Shown: piece by piece, positions 1 through 10,866 of the stretch | Layout of the letters: each line of letters opens with the position of its first letter | Numbering within the stretch: the stretch's first letter is position 1 | Assembly (NCBI GenBank): GCA_977020255.1 | Contig: CDROCS010001143.1 | Span: forward strand, 1-64,000 | Origin: Obrimoposthia wandeli | Taxonomy: Eukaryota | Direction of reading: 5' to 3' | DNA length: 64,000 bases | Position numbers and translations under genes: made by a program | Notes under the pieces: generated by a model | Told to the model about the DNA's origin: nothing | The model's input: the letters and a program-made list of their open reading frames with translations, nothing else | Databases searched by the model: none

Positions 1-210
1 CCAGTAATCTGCTTTTGACGGTGTTCTAGTCTGAATGACTATAATTGGCCATTGACAGACATGTACTGATCCTGTGCATCCTTGGTGCATTTGGAGTGGA
101 ATACAAAATATCTTTTAAAACGAAAATCTTACAATTTTCGTTTTATTCTTTGGAATAACTAAAAACCGTTTATTTCCGAGAAACATCGTATTTATTAAGC
201 AATTAGTAGG

Positions 211-1407
211 TGAGACCTCAGCATAAGGGTTCTATTTTCCAGTAAATTTCAGTTTTACAGAACAGGTTAGATTAGGCCAGTCTCTGCATAGCTGTTTCTA
301 GCTATTTAAGATCTAAATAACTGAGTATTGCACTATTTAGACACTTTTATCCTGTGGTTCTCATCTCCGGCAGTCCATAAAGCACCAGAAACTTAGCGCC
401 TTTTTTTATATTGGCTGCCATCGCGGCCAATCCGTAAAAAGTAGCATTTTTGGCAAGCCCCATAAAGCGAGTACGAGCCAATCCATAGTGCTGTTTATAC
501 GTCGCAAAAGGGCGCTCTCCGCCCCCTCTAGTGACAGAGATTTCTGCATTTCGTCTTTTATTCTCCTCGGTTAGAGGATTATTACGGTAGCCTTTTCTTT
601 GAACCTGATCTTTAATACCCAGTGCCTCCAGTCTATCTCTTGTCTCTTTTGAACTATAAGCAGCGTCCGCATAGAGTGCTGCTTCATCTCCGAGAATCAA
701 TGTATCTCGTTCTTGGCTGTCATGGACATTACCAGGTGTGACACTTTGACTATGAATAAACCCATCTTCATCTACACCTGTATGTACAGAATAACCATAG
801 GTAGACTTTTGGCGCCCTCGGCTATCATTCTTAACATGCCAACCTGCTTCAGGATCCTTCTTTGGCGTACCCTCTTTACCGTTTCCTGAACCTGATTGCG
901 CGGCTTCTATAGGCGTGGCGTCTATGATGTTGATTCGGCCTTCGCTCATGATAATATTTTTAGATTCAAGTTGATTGTTGATTTCGGCTAACAAAATATC
1001 CCATAACTCTAACTCAACAAGCTGATTACGAAAGCGGCCAAGTGTTGAAGCTTCAGGCACGCTACTTGTTAACTCAAGATGGCAAAACTTGCGAAAGAGT
1101 AAATCTCTATAGAGGCTTTGTGCTAATTGGACGTCAGATAATTTGTACCAAATGCCGAGCAATAAGCTTCTAAATAAGGTGAGCAGTGGATAGCTAGGTC
1201 GGCCTGTATTCGCGGCATAAATTGGCACTAATAAGCCTTCAATTTTAGGCCAATCTAATAATGCCTCTGTGCTATCAAGGCTGCTAAGAATTTGATTGTC
1301 TAAATCTGATACTGTCACGAAAAGTTCGGGTTGTGTCGAAAATGATTTTTGCATATCTTATGTTATCAAATTCTTTACGATTAAGTTCGAGTTATGCTGA
1401 GGTCTCA
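211..1407 (-). mobile_element. IS5-family insertion sequence, apparently intact (~1.2 kb)
   Basis: Perfect 16-bp terminal inverted repeats tgagacctcagcataa (211-226) and ttatgctgaggtctca (1392-1407) enclose a full transposase ORF; attagtag occurs on both flanks (202-209, 1409-1416), one base outside each IR. Confidence 0.9.
347..1354 (-). CDS. IS5-family DDE transposase
   Basis: 335 aa with GRPSYPLLTLFRSLLL, IIDATPI, YADAAY and ERPF motifs typical of IS5-family transposases. Confidence 0.92.
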   Translation of the reverse strand: MQKSFSTQPELFVTVSDLDNQILSSLDSTEALLDWPKIEGLLVPIYAANTGRPSYPLLTLFRSLLLGIWYKLSDVQLAQSLYRDLLFRKFCHLELTSSVPEASTLGRFRNQLVELELWDILLAEINNQLESKNIIMSEGRINIIDATPIEAAQSGSGNGKEGTPKKDPEAGWHVKNDSRGRQKSTYGYSVHTGVDEDGFIHSQSVTPGNVHDSQERDTLILGDEAALYADAAYSSKETRDRLEALGIKDQVQRKGYRNNPLTEENKRRNAEISVTRGGGERPFATYKQHYGLARTRFMGLAKNATFYGLAAMAANIKKGAKFLVLYGLPEMRTTG

Positions 1408-1584
1408 GATTAGTAGATTAGTAATCAAATAATCCTGTTTTAGTAAGAATACAATAAATTCGAAAAATGATAATTTTTTGATTAATATTGAAAATTATAA
1501 AACGCTAGGGGCACTGTTTGCATATTATAATTCATGCATAATTATGCTTTATGTTACACATTCAGCGAGTTCTACTCTTTCAGG

Positions 1585-1775
1585 GGCTATGTTTGAGTAA
1601 ATTGTTGAAAATATTTCGACATTGATAATAAGCTAATTAAAACAATGAATTACAAATTTTTAGACGTTTGTTTTTTCAAATATATAGAATATTACCCAAA
1701 GGTTCAGGATACAAGGCCTACAGCTCAGCGACTAATACAAAAAAGAGGCTTTCAACAAACCTCTCAAACATAGCC
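1585..1775. mobile_element. MITE with IS1595-family (ISPna2-like) ends
   Basis: Ends ggctatgtttgag / ctcaaacatagcc (perfect 13 bp, extending imperfectly inward through ttgttgaaa); 8-bp direct repeat ctttcagg at 1577-1584 and 1776-1783; no ORF inside. Confidence 0.75.
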
Positions 1776-1990
1776 CTTTCAGGGATTGAAAGAAATAGCT
1801 TAAAGTAAGGCAAAAGCCTCCTGCTAACAGTTTCAAACTCGCTAGATAGTATCCCTAGAGGTTAGTATTTTTGGTTAATATGTAAGTTTTGCGATGTAAC
1901 TCTAGTTTACAGAACATCATTTTATCTAATATTAGCCAATATTTTCCCTTATATTTCTTTGCGCTTCCCGACGACAAAACTGACTGGCTT

Positions 1991-3643
1991 TCATAAAATT
2001 ATTTTCCCTATTTTCTCTATATATTGATGAATCATCGCCATAAATTTACCCGCATCTGCGCCATTAATCACGCGATGATCAAATGATAAACAAAGTGGCA
2101 GTTTTTTGCGTGGTTTAAAACATTCAGAATCCCAAACGGGTTTGATTTCAGCACTAGCAACACCTAAAATAGCAACTTCAGGGCCATTCACTATCGGTGT
2201 AAACCCTGTACCGCCCATAGGCCCTAAACTAGAGACGGTAAAACAACCACCTGTCATTTGATCAACACTCAGTTTTCTATTTTTTGCTTTCGCAGCCAAA
2301 TCGTTAATCTGCAAGGTAAGCTCACTGATTGATAATGTATCGGCATTACGAATCACCGGCACTAACAAGCCCGCTGGAGTATCTACCGCAATCCCTATAT
2401 TTACATATTTTTTGTAGATAAGTTGCTGCCCATCAAGATCTAATGAACTATTGAATTTAGGGAACTTTCGTAAAGCTTTGGCTACTATCATCACAATAAA
2501 TGGCAGAATAGTCGGCTTTCTTTCTAAGTTAAATTCCAGTGGGTCAATACTGTTGCGAAATGCTTCTAATTCAGTAATATCGACTTCATCGCTCAAAGTA
2601 ACATGCGGAATGTTCAACCAACAACGCGTCATGTGAGCAGCTGTCGCCTTAGCAATCGCTGACATGTCTTGTCTCTCAATTTCACCAAACAGACTAAAAT
2701 CGATACTTGGTAAAGGCGCTATTGTTTGAGAAACATTAGAGCTCACAATTGTTTTTGGCTTATCGTTGAGCATTTGTTGTTTCACATAGGCTTTTACGTC
2801 TTCTTTTGAAATTCTTCCGCGATAAGCAGTACCTACAACAAGAGACAAATCGACAGCCATTTCCCTGCTCAGTTTACGCACTGCAGGTCCCGCAGTTAAG
2901 AGTTGGGTTGGTAAGATCGTACCTACTTCGGACTCCTCAATATAATTTTCTTTATCTTCGCTGCCGATCGGTATAGATATCGATTTAATAGTCGTCGTTT
3001 TATGCTCGGCAATAGGTTGATGCTGAGAATCAAAGGCCGCTATTGGTTCACTCATTATTGCTAATTGATCGCCTTGCGATACTGTATCGCCAATCTCCAC
3101 CAACCATTTTTTCAATATTCCCTGGGTATTTGTCGGAATATCCATAGCAGCTTTGTCTGACTCTACCACCAGAATTGCTGTACCTTCTTCTAACTCATCG
3201 CCAATCGTTACACTATACTCGACCACTTCTCCAGAACCTTCAGCGTCTAAACTAATAATAACGTCCCTAGTCGTAGCAAGGTTGTTATTTTGAGACGGTG
3301 GCATAGCCTCTTCAGCCTTAGCACTTGTTGCGATTCCAACGTCTACTGTCTTAGCAGATAAAAATGTGTCCGTTACTGCCTCTTGTTCTGCTAAATTTTT
3401 AGGTTCGTGCTCTGAAACGGACACTAATGCTAACTCAGCCTCTTGAGAAACATTATCACCAATATCTACAAGCCACTTTGTCACAACTCCACTGATTGTT
3501 GCTGGAATTTCCATTGACGCTTTATCTGATTCAACCACCAGTAGAGAGTCACCTTCGTTAACTGTATCGCCTATCGCAACACAATATTCAACAACCTCTC
3601 CCTCACCTTCTGCTTCTAGCTTAATTATTTTTTCACTGTTCAT
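1991..3643 (-). CDS. aceF: Dihydrolipoamide acyltransferase (E2) with two lipoyl domains
   Basis: Two lipoyl repeats (VVESDKASMEIP, VVESDKAAMDIP), E3-binding segment AGPAVRKLSREM, catalytic DHRVINGA. Confidence 0.9.
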   Translation of the reverse strand: MNSEKIIKLEAEGEGEVVEYCVAIGDTVNEGDSLLVVESDKASMEIPATISGVVTKWLVDIGDNVSQEAELALVSVSEHEPKNLAEQEAVTDTFLSAKTVDVGIATSAKAEEAMPPSQNNNLATTRDVIISLDAEGSGEVVEYSVTIGDELEEGTAILVVESDKAAMDIPTNTQGILKKWLVEIGDTVSQGDQLAIMSEPIAAFDSQHQPIAEHKTTTIKSISIPIGSEDKENYIEESEVGTILPTQLLTAGPAVRKLSREMAVDLSLVVGTAYRGRISKEDVKAYVKQQMLNDKPKTIVSSNVSQTIAPLPSIDFSLFGEIERQDMSAIAKATAAHMTRCWLNIPHVTLSDEVDITELEAFRNSIDPLEFNLERKPTILPFIVMIVAKALRKFPKFNSSLDLDGQQLIYKKYVNIGIAVDTPAGLLVPVIRNADTLSISELTLQINDLAAKAKNRKLSVDQMTGGCFTVSSLGPMGGTGFTPIVNGPEVAILGVASAEIKPVWDSECFKPRKKLPLCLSFDHRVINGADAGKFMAMIHQYIEKIGKIIL

Positions 3644-3692
3644 CGGTCTCTCCTAACGCTGCCTTTAATCAAGCAGCGTCATCCATCTAATT

Positions 3693-3736
3693 AAAAAAAG
3701 CCGCGCGGTAAACAATTACCAAGTCAACGGCTAAAA
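3693..3736 (-). terminator. Terminator-like hairpin between the E1 and E2 genes
   Basis: On the minus strand: agccg...ggtaa/ttacc...cggct followed by a T7 run. Confidence 0.5.
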
Positions 3737-3835
3737 GGGTAGATTGGACATCGTTCTTGGGAGGAAATTTGGCTTAAAACACGCCATAAAATCCAAACAA
3801 TTTCTTGTGGCCCTGATCACTATTAATTGTTGCTA

Positions 3836-6517
3836 TTAAAACAACATAGGATCTTGCTTTTCGGTGGGTATTTTAAGTTCTATTCTTGCCTGTTCTAAAA
3901 CAGCATCCAAGATTTCACCTTGGCGATACAAACTTGTCAAAGCAGACCATGCGATATAACGAGCATCTACTTCAAAATGATCGCGTAATGTATCTCTACT
4001 TTCACTCAACCCAAAGCCATCTGTTCCTAAGCACATCAAATCTACAGGAAACCATCCGCTAATCGCTTGAGGTAATAATTTTAAATAATCACTTACTGCA
4101 ACAAAAGCGCCACTTTCATTCGCTAATATTTTTTGAATATAATTTTGTTTAGGCTGCTGCGGATTAAGCAAATTCTCACGCTCTACAGATTGCGCTTCGC
4201 GTAACAACTGGTTATAACTTGTCACACTCCAAACATCCGTACTGCAACCGAAGCCTTCTAGAATTTTAGCTGCATCTAATACTTCTTGCATTAAACTGCC
4301 GCTGCCTAATAAGTGTACTTTCTTCCCTTCACCGTTATCTTTAGAGAATCGATACATCCCCTGCAAAATACCACTTTCAGTATCTTCAGCATCTGGCATT
4401 TTGGGCATCAAGTAATTTTGATTGTAGAGTGTAATGTAATAAAAAATCTTCTCGTCTTTTTCATACATCCTCTCAATACCATCGCGAATAATCACCGCCA
4501 ATTCATAGGCAAACGCTGGGTCATAGCTATACATATTTGGCACAGTAGCGGCAACTGCATGTGAATGGCCATCTTGATGTTGTAAGCCCTCACCATTAAG
4601 AGTGGTGCGCCCTGCTGTTGCACCCAGTAAAAAGCCTTTCGTTAAGTTATCAGCGCAAGCCCAAATCATGTCACCAACACGCTGGAAGCCGAAAATAGAA
4701 TAAAATATATAAAAAGGAATAGTTGGAACACCATAGTTTGCATACGCAGTGCCAGCGGCCATAAATGATGCCATAGCACCTGTTTCACATATACCTTCCT
4801 GCAATAACTGGCCGTCTATTTTTTCTTTGTATGGTAGCAAACTACTAGAATCTACCGGATTATATTTTTGCCCAACACTAGAATAAATGCCGAATTGATT
4901 AAACAATGATTCCATCCCGAAAGTTCGCGCTTCATCCGGAACAATAGGCACGATAAATTTTCCAATCTGCTTATCTTTAAGCATATTAGACAACATTCGT
5001 ACGAAAGCCATTGTGGTTGATTGCTCGCGCTTTGTTCCTTCTAACGCTTGTTTATATAAGCTGAGTTGAGGCGCTTTAATCTTAGTATATTCTACTTGTC
5101 GTGTCGGCAGATACCCACCTAACTCGCTGCGCCTAGCATGTAAATATTTTAATAGCGGACTGTCATCTGCAGGTTTATAAAGCTTCGCTTGTGTCAACTC
5201 TTCATCACTTAATGGAATACCGAAACGGCGTCCAATTTCAATACGTTCAGCAGCATTGAACTGTTTCTTTTGATGGCTGGTATTTTGTCCTTCTGCAGAA
5301 GAACCTAAACCATCGCCTTTAACCGTTTTCATCAATATGACGGTTGGCTTACCCGTCGATTTTAAAGCGGCATCAAACGCAGCGAATATTTTTTGTTTGT
5401 CTTGCCCACCGCGACGTATACAGCGTATTTGCTCATCAGATAGGGTTTGCATTAATGCTTCTAGTTTAGGATCATTTTCAGTCCAATGGTTTCTAACTGT
5501 AGGTCCATCCGACACGGTATAAAATTGATAATCACCATCAACTGCGCGATCCATTCGCGCTTGCAGTACACCGTCAGTATCGCGAGATATTAGCTCATCC
5601 CATTCACTTCCCCAAATTACTTTAATGACATTCCAACCTGCACCACGATAACTACTTTCTAATTCTTGTATTATTTTACCGTTGCCACGAACAGGTCCAT
5701 CTAAACGTTGTAGATTACAATTAATGACCATCACTAAATTATCTAAGTTATCTCTGGTCGCCATATTAACGGTGCCCAGTACTTCCGGCTCATCAGACTC
5801 ACCATCTCCAATAAAGCACCAAATCTTTCCTCCGTCTTTTGATTTCAACCCTCGATTTTCTAAGTACTTCATAAAGCGTGCTTGGTAAATAGCAGCCGGC
5901 GTTGAAAGCCCCATTGACGCTGTAGGCCCCTGCCAAAAACTCGGCATACGTCTAGGATGAGGATAAGAGCTTAAACCTCCGCCCGATTGTAATTCACGTC
6001 TAAAGTTTGCGAGTTGAGTTTCATTTAATCGTCCCTCAACAAAAGCTCTAGCATACAAACCAGGCGCAGCATGTGCTTGCACAAACAATTGGTCGCCGCC
6101 ATAACTGTCTGTTTTATTTTTGAAGATATGGTTAAAACCGACCTCAAGCATTGTTGCTGCCGATTGATACGTCGCGATATGACCGCCGACACCCGTCCCT
6201 TGGTCATTAGCTTTTAGCACAAGCGCCATCGCATTCCAGCGGATAATATTTTCTATTTCCGTCTCTAATTCAGGGTTATTTGGGTAAGCGCTTTGCTGAC
6301 TAATAGAAATCGTATTGCGATACGGTGTATTTAGCGTTGCTTCAACTAAATTAATATTTTTACTCAGCAAATAGTTTTGTAAATTACGCAGCACATCCAG
6401 AGCACGATTATCCCCCTGTAGATTAATGATATCTTGCAGTGCCTCAGTCCACTCTGAGTTTTCTAGTACTATATCTGCATCAATAGCAGCATCTAAGTGA
6501 GTCTTTGTGTCTTTCAT
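3836..6517 (-). CDS. aceE: Homodimeric 2-oxoacid dehydrogenase E1, AceE/MdeB type (context suggests 2-oxobutyrate dehydrogenase)
   Basis: GGHIATY, SSYPHP, ThDP motif GDGESDEPE...N, EGLQHQDGHS; start moved to MKDTK (ATG at 6517, GGA upstream), giving 893 aa; lies directly downstream of methionine gamma-lyase. Confidence 0.88.
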   Translation of the reverse strand: MKDTKTHLDAAIDADIVLENSEWTEALQDIINLQGDNRALDVLRNLQNYLLSKNINLVEATLNTPYRNTISISQQSAYPNNPELETEIENIIRWNAMALVLKANDQGTGVGGHIATYQSAATMLEVGFNHIFKNKTDSYGGDQLFVQAHAAPGLYARAFVEGRLNETQLANFRRELQSGGGLSSYPHPRRMPSFWQGPTASMGLSTPAAIYQARFMKYLENRGLKSKDGGKIWCFIGDGESDEPEVLGTVNMATRDNLDNLVMVINCNLQRLDGPVRGNGKIIQELESSYRGAGWNVIKVIWGSEWDELISRDTDGVLQARMDRAVDGDYQFYTVSDGPTVRNHWTENDPKLEALMQTLSDEQIRCIRRGGQDKQKIFAAFDAALKSTGKPTVILMKTVKGDGLGSSAEGQNTSHQKKQFNAAERIEIGRRFGIPLSDEELTQAKLYKPADDSPLLKYLHARRSELGGYLPTRQVEYTKIKAPQLSLYKQALEGTKREQSTTMAFVRMLSNMLKDKQIGKFIVPIVPDEARTFGMESLFNQFGIYSSVGQKYNPVDSSSLLPYKEKIDGQLLQEGICETGAMASFMAAGTAYANYGVPTIPFYIFYSIFGFQRVGDMIWACADNLTKGFLLGATAGRTTLNGEGLQHQDGHSHAVAATVPNMYSYDPAFAYELAVIIRDGIERMYEKDEKIFYYITLYNQNYLMPKMPDAEDTESGILQGMYRFSKDNGEGKKVHLLGSGSLMQEVLDAAKILEGFGCSTDVWSVTSYNQLLREAQSVERENLLNPQQPKQNYIQKILANESGAFVAVSDYLKLLPQAISGWFPVDLMCLGTDGFGLSESRDTLRDHFEVDARYIAWSALTSLYRQGEILDAVLEQARIELKIPTEKQDPMLF

Positions 6518-6542
6518 TACCATTTCCAAAAATATCAAAATA

Positions 6543-6568
6543 TTTGGCAAGCTTAAAAGCTTGCCAAA
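6543..6568. promoter_or_regulatory. Perfect 12-bp inverted repeat upstream of the E1 gene
   Basis: tttggcaagctt-aa-aagcttgccaaa, 26-51 bp upstream of the proposed E1 start. Confidence 0.5.
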
Positions 6569-7032
6569 ATCAGCTAAAAAAACTACCTTGAACTTTTTCA
6601 CTCTTAAAAACAGAATAAAATGTAATAAAGAACAAAGCAGAGAGTGCGTTTACCCAAACATCACATGCAATAACATAAAATTATCGAACGAACAGGCTTT
6701 CTAGAGTATGACCGAGCTAAAAAGCAAGCAATCCAAAGTTCCTACATATTCATCACGTCTCTTCCATGTCATTGCATCCTTACTTTTTACTTTCTAAACA
6801 TAGCGAAGTTATTTAGAAAGTAAGGAGGTACTCAGTCTTTTGAACTGTATAACAACTATATTTTGTGGATCACACATTAATGAAAAGAATAGACTTCTCT
6901 AGCTGCCAGTACTTTTTAAAGCGCGAGTGTAACTTTAAATAATTTTGCCCCTGTAAACGAAAACAGTTTTTATTCCTTTAAAATAACTAACTGTTTCCGA
7001 AGATTATTTGATCCATAACTGAATCAATCTGT

Positions 7033-8229
7033 TTAAACCTGCATCAACGCTTGTTTGATATCTGCATAGATATCTTCAATATCTTCTAAACCAACTGAAA
7101 TTCTTACTAATCCTTCACTGATACCATGCTTGGCTCGCTCTTCTGGTGCGTATGTAGCATGGGTCATGCTTGCTGGGTGCTGACAAAGTGTTTCTGCATC
7201 ACCTAGACTCACTGCACGTTTAATCATTTTAAGATTGTTCATAAATTTGACGCCTGCATCAAAACCTCCTTTCAACTCCATCGCAAGCATACCCCCATTT
7301 CTCTTCATTTGTGCTTTTGCCAGAGCATGATAAGGGTCGTCGATAAGACCAGGATAGTAGACGATGTCAACAATATTATGTTGTTGCAAACGCATCGCTA
7401 GTTCTTGAGCACTACTACAATGGCGTTCCATTCTTAATTCCAGTGTCTTTAAACCACGTAAAATCAAAAATGCAGTTAAAGGAGCGATTACCGCACCTGT
7501 CATATCTTTTAAACCAAATATTCGAATCTGATCTATAACTTCTTTATCACCCAATACTGCTCCAGCTATTAAATCACCATGTCCACCTAGATATTTAGTT
7601 GCTGAATGTACTACAAGATCTGCTCCAAGATTCAAAGGGCGTTGAAGCGCAGGAGTACAAAAAGTATTATCGACCATAACTTTAATCGAAGAGTTATAGT
7701 CATGAACAAGTTTACTTATAGCCGATATATCTATTACTCGCATGTTAGGGTTAACTGGGCTTTCGAAATATACAACTTTGGTATTTTCCGATAACGCAGC
7801 TGAAACAGCCTCAATATCTGTACAGTCGATAAACTCAACCTCGACACCAAATTTACGTAACCCATGCTTTAAAAAAGAAAAGGTACAGCCATAAAGTGTT
7901 TTATCCGCAATCACTTTCTCGCCAGGCGCTACCAGAGTCCATAAGGCAGCAGTTATCGCTCCCATTCCGGAGGCAGTAGCCAAAGCCGCTTGAGCATCTT
8001 CCAAATCAGCCAAGCGTGTTTCAAGCAGCGACTGAGTCGGGTTAGAAATTCGACTGTAAAAATGCCCTTGCTCTTCACCTGCAAAACGAGCAGCGCCTTG
8101 TTCAACGCTATCAAAACAAAAAGTAGAGGTCATATACACTGGAGGATTCAACGATCCTTCGTTTTCAGAAGCGTCATAGCCTGAGTGAATCGCTCGAGTT
8201 GAAAAAGATAAATTTTTATTGTTGTCCAT
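7033..8229 (-). CDS. megL: L-methionine gamma-lyase
   Basis: [23 protein letters not shown] (Cys116 equivalent diagnostic of MGL), PLP lysine [12 protein letters not shown]; 398 aa from MDNNK with GGAG upstream. Confidence 0.92.
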   Translation of the reverse strand: MDNNKNLSFSTRAIHSGYDASENEGSLNPPVYMTSTFCFDSVEQGAARFAGEEQGHFYSRISNPTQSLLETRLADLEDAQAALATASGMGAITAALWTLVAPGEKVIADKTLYGCTFSFLKHGLRKFGVEVEFIDCTDIEAVSAALSENTKVVYFESPVNPNMRVIDISAISKLVHDYNSSIKVMVDNTFCTPALQRPLNLGADLVVHSATKYLGGHGDLIAGAVLGDKEVIDQIRIFGLKDMTGAVIAPLTAFLILRGLKTLELRMERHCSSAQELAMRLQQHNIVDIVYYPGLIDDPYHALAKAQMKRNGGMLAMELKGGFDAGVKFMNNLKMIKRAVSLGDAETLCQHPASMTHATYAPEERAKHGISEGLVRISVGLEDIEDIYADIKQALMQV

Positions 8230-8374
8230 TATGAACTCCATTTTAATACGCTTGATTTCGGAAAAACTAAGTGGTTATAATAACTAATATTTAGTAGCTA
8301 ATTTCGTTATTCTTCTTATTAGCTGAGGAAAAATTAGCACAATTAACCAATAAAACCAAAAATCGAGAATAATT

Positions 8375-8857
8375 ATGCCAATTAAAAAATTAGACCGAAT
8401 TGACCGTAAAATTCTTGAAGAAATTCAACGTAACGGTAACATCAGTAATCTAGAACTGGCAGACAAGGTTGGATTATCACCGTCGCCTTGTTCGCGGAGA
8501 ATTAGATTGCTAGAAAAAACAGGCATAATCGAGCAGCAAGTGACCCTCCTTAATCAAGATGCACTCGGATTGCCCTTAACAGTTTTTATTCACGTTAGAC
8601 TTGAAAAACAATTAACCGAAACGCTAGATAATTTTGAGCAATGCATCTCTACATATAGCGAAGTGCTCGAATGCTCACTAATTACAGGCGGTGATGCAGA
8701 TTACCTATTAAAAGTAGTGATTCCTGATATGTCTTACTATGAAACCTTTCTGTTAAAGGAGCTTAATCAAATTGATGGAGTTTCCAGTATACTCACCAGC
8801 TTTGTGATGCGAAGAGTATTAAACCGAACCGCGCTGCCGCTATCTCATATTAAATAA
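8375..8857 (+). CDS. Lrp/AsnC-family regulator (MdeR-like)
   Basis: LDRIDRKILEEIQRNGNISNLELADKVGLSPSPCSRRI HTH and ITGGDADYLLKV; divergent from methionine gamma-lyase. Confidence 0.9.
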   Translation: MPIKKLDRIDRKILEEIQRNGNISNLELADKVGLSPSPCSRRIRLLEKTGIIEQQVTLLNQDALGLPLTVFIHVRLEKQLTETLDNFEQCISTYSEVLECSLITGGDADYLLKVVIPDMSYYETFLLKELNQIDGVSSILTSFVMRRVLNRTALPLSHIK

Positions 8858-9019
8858 CGGTTAACATCTCCATTGAGGGTACATTGCTCATATTCTTCGA
8901 GAGAGCTACTGTACATATTCGAATAAGTGATCTTATTTATTGTCAAACCATTTATTATTCTGTTTGATTGCGCTGCAAAATTTTCAATCTAATCTAAAAT
9001 ATTAATCCTTAGACGATAT

Positions 9020-9192
9020 GATGCAGCCAGTTCCAAAAAACTGTTGGTAATCGTATGTTGGGTTACTTTTAAACTGTTTCTTTCGAATAATATGGACGAG
9101 TTCAATAGCCGTAAGAGTGGCGGGTGCTGAATGGAACTACTTAAAATTCATCATCGGCTTCGTAATTTTCATTATGAACCGGTGATCTTGTT
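9020..9192 (-). pseudogene. IS6-family transposase C-terminal remnant
   Basis: Manual translation QDHRFIMKITKPMMNFK*FHSAPATLTAIELVHIIRKKQF...YQQF, then ELAA after a frameshift. Confidence 0.7.
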
Positions 9193-9252
9193 ACAGAGCA
9201 GAGGATTTTGTCGCCCAAGTTTCCAGAGCAACCCCAACTGCTTACTATTTAA

Positions 9253-9560
9253 TTACTTTTTGTTCATGACCAATTGTTGGTCTTGAACGTATTTACGTAT
9301 TACCTCTTCACTAGCATTCCCAATTGTTTCCACGAAATAGCTTTGGTCTACAACTTCCCTCCCAGGAGCATTTTTTTTAATAGCTGCGTATAAATTAAAA
9401 AAAACCTTGCTGAAATATTTTTAATTACTTGCATCACATCAGATGGTGCAGTATTTGAATCTGTTCTTACTACCATTTGGATATGAACAACTGGGAACTC
9501 AAGTTCTATAATTTCTATGTCGTAGTCATATCCAATTTTCAGGATACTTTACAACCCACT
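9253..9560 (-). pseudogene. IS200/IS605 TnpA remnant
   Basis: Manual translation ILKIGYDYDIEIIELEFPVVHIQMVVR...SDVMQVIKNISAR...SYFVETIGNASEEVIRKYVQDQQ; HUH motif degraded, N-terminus missing; boundaries approximate. Confidence 0.75.
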
Positions 9561-10266
9561 GTCTAATGACGGCAGGTTAAAATTCACGGACTGAAAATCC
9601 AGCTGGCCACGCCATACCTCACAAATTTCGCTTTATGGAATTACTGCTCTGAAGGAATAGGTATGTCACTGGAAAAACAAACTCCGCTTCATAGCGAGTC
9701 GATGGAACGTATTAAAGGTAAGAAACACAGGGTGTTACAACTATCGAACTCTCGACAAAGACAATGTTACTTAAGACTTCATGTTATCATGAACACAATG
9801 ATAAGGTGCGTGCTACCCGTTTTTTGCAGGAAACTATAGAAAATATTGGTTGGCCAGATTCAAGTCGTTATCAATAAAATCGGTACGAGTTATGCAGCCT
9901 TAATTAATATCAAGGCAGTGCTGTTTCTTCATGGATAAACGTATTTTATTGATATCCTCCAAATTAAGACATTTGAATAACATCTTCTTTTTATAAAAAA
10001 ATAACTAAGCCGATGATGAATTGTAAAGTAGTTTATTCTGCCAGTACTACTTTAGCTGGTAGAAAGAAGCAGTTCAAAAATACAAACCTCTCTGATTATC
10101 ATCTATTTTTAAAACGCGTTGAATAATCATCTGTAAGGATTAGTGGTTTTAAGCTATATCTAGATTTTTTCGACCTCTTATTTCGTCATGCCTAATAATT
10201 CATTACATTAACTCTTCTAAATCGTGCTTTCACTAAGCCCTGTCATAATCTTAGGTGCTATTGTTT

Positions 10267-10866
10267 TCAAATGGATAGAAAAAATTTGTAGGTGATCTGC
10301 TTTAATTGAATGTTTTTCCATATGGATTCAAAAACAATTTCCGCATTGCTATTTACTTTATCTTTTATAAAAAATGTAACTCGCTTCTCGTTACGTAATT
10401 TTGATTGAGGTAGAATTGAAGCACCAATACCCAAGGGTGCCCATTCAGATAAAACTTGATAACTCATCGCATTTCCCGTGTATTCATGTAATTTTTTACG
10501 CTGTGTACGAAACAATAAACGTGTTGTACGTGATAAGCCACAAGCATCGGGCACCATCACATAAAGTTCATTGGCTATATCTTTAAATGCAACATAGTTT
10601 TTCCCATTTTGAGGTTGGTATCCCCCTCCTCTTGGTACATAAAGTAAAGGCTCATCATAAAGTGCTGTATGTTCCCAAGATCCAGTATAAATACCTGCCA
10701 AACCAAAGCCGAAGTCAATCAGCTTTTGGTCAAGAATTTGATGAAGGTCCTCCATATTCATCTCACGTAAAACGATCTCAATGGCAGGATTTTTCTGACG
10801 AAAGGGTTCTAGAATCAACCCCATTTTATGGGTATCAATCAAGGGAGATATCCCAATACGGATAAA
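10267..10866 (-). pseudogene. LysR-family regulator, effector domain only (HTH lost)
   Basis: IRIGISPLID...FRQKNPAIEIVLRE...LYDEPLLYV...GIGASILP; upstream sequence is the antisense strand of an IS5 remnant. Confidence 0.7.

Noticed and set aside
1509-1525. ggcactgtttgca resembling an IS6 terminal repeat
   Set aside because: Isolated, gapped match with no partner or transposase sequence.
3836-6601. ORF-track start of E1 at 6601 (921 aa)
   Set aside because: The extension runs through the palindrome and has no E1 character; ATG at 6517 has an RBS and gives a typical length.
9663-9880. Short broken frames (MSLEKQTP..., ...FLQETIENIGWP...) after an RBS-like sequence
   Set aside because: May be a gene remnant, but no family could be recognised.
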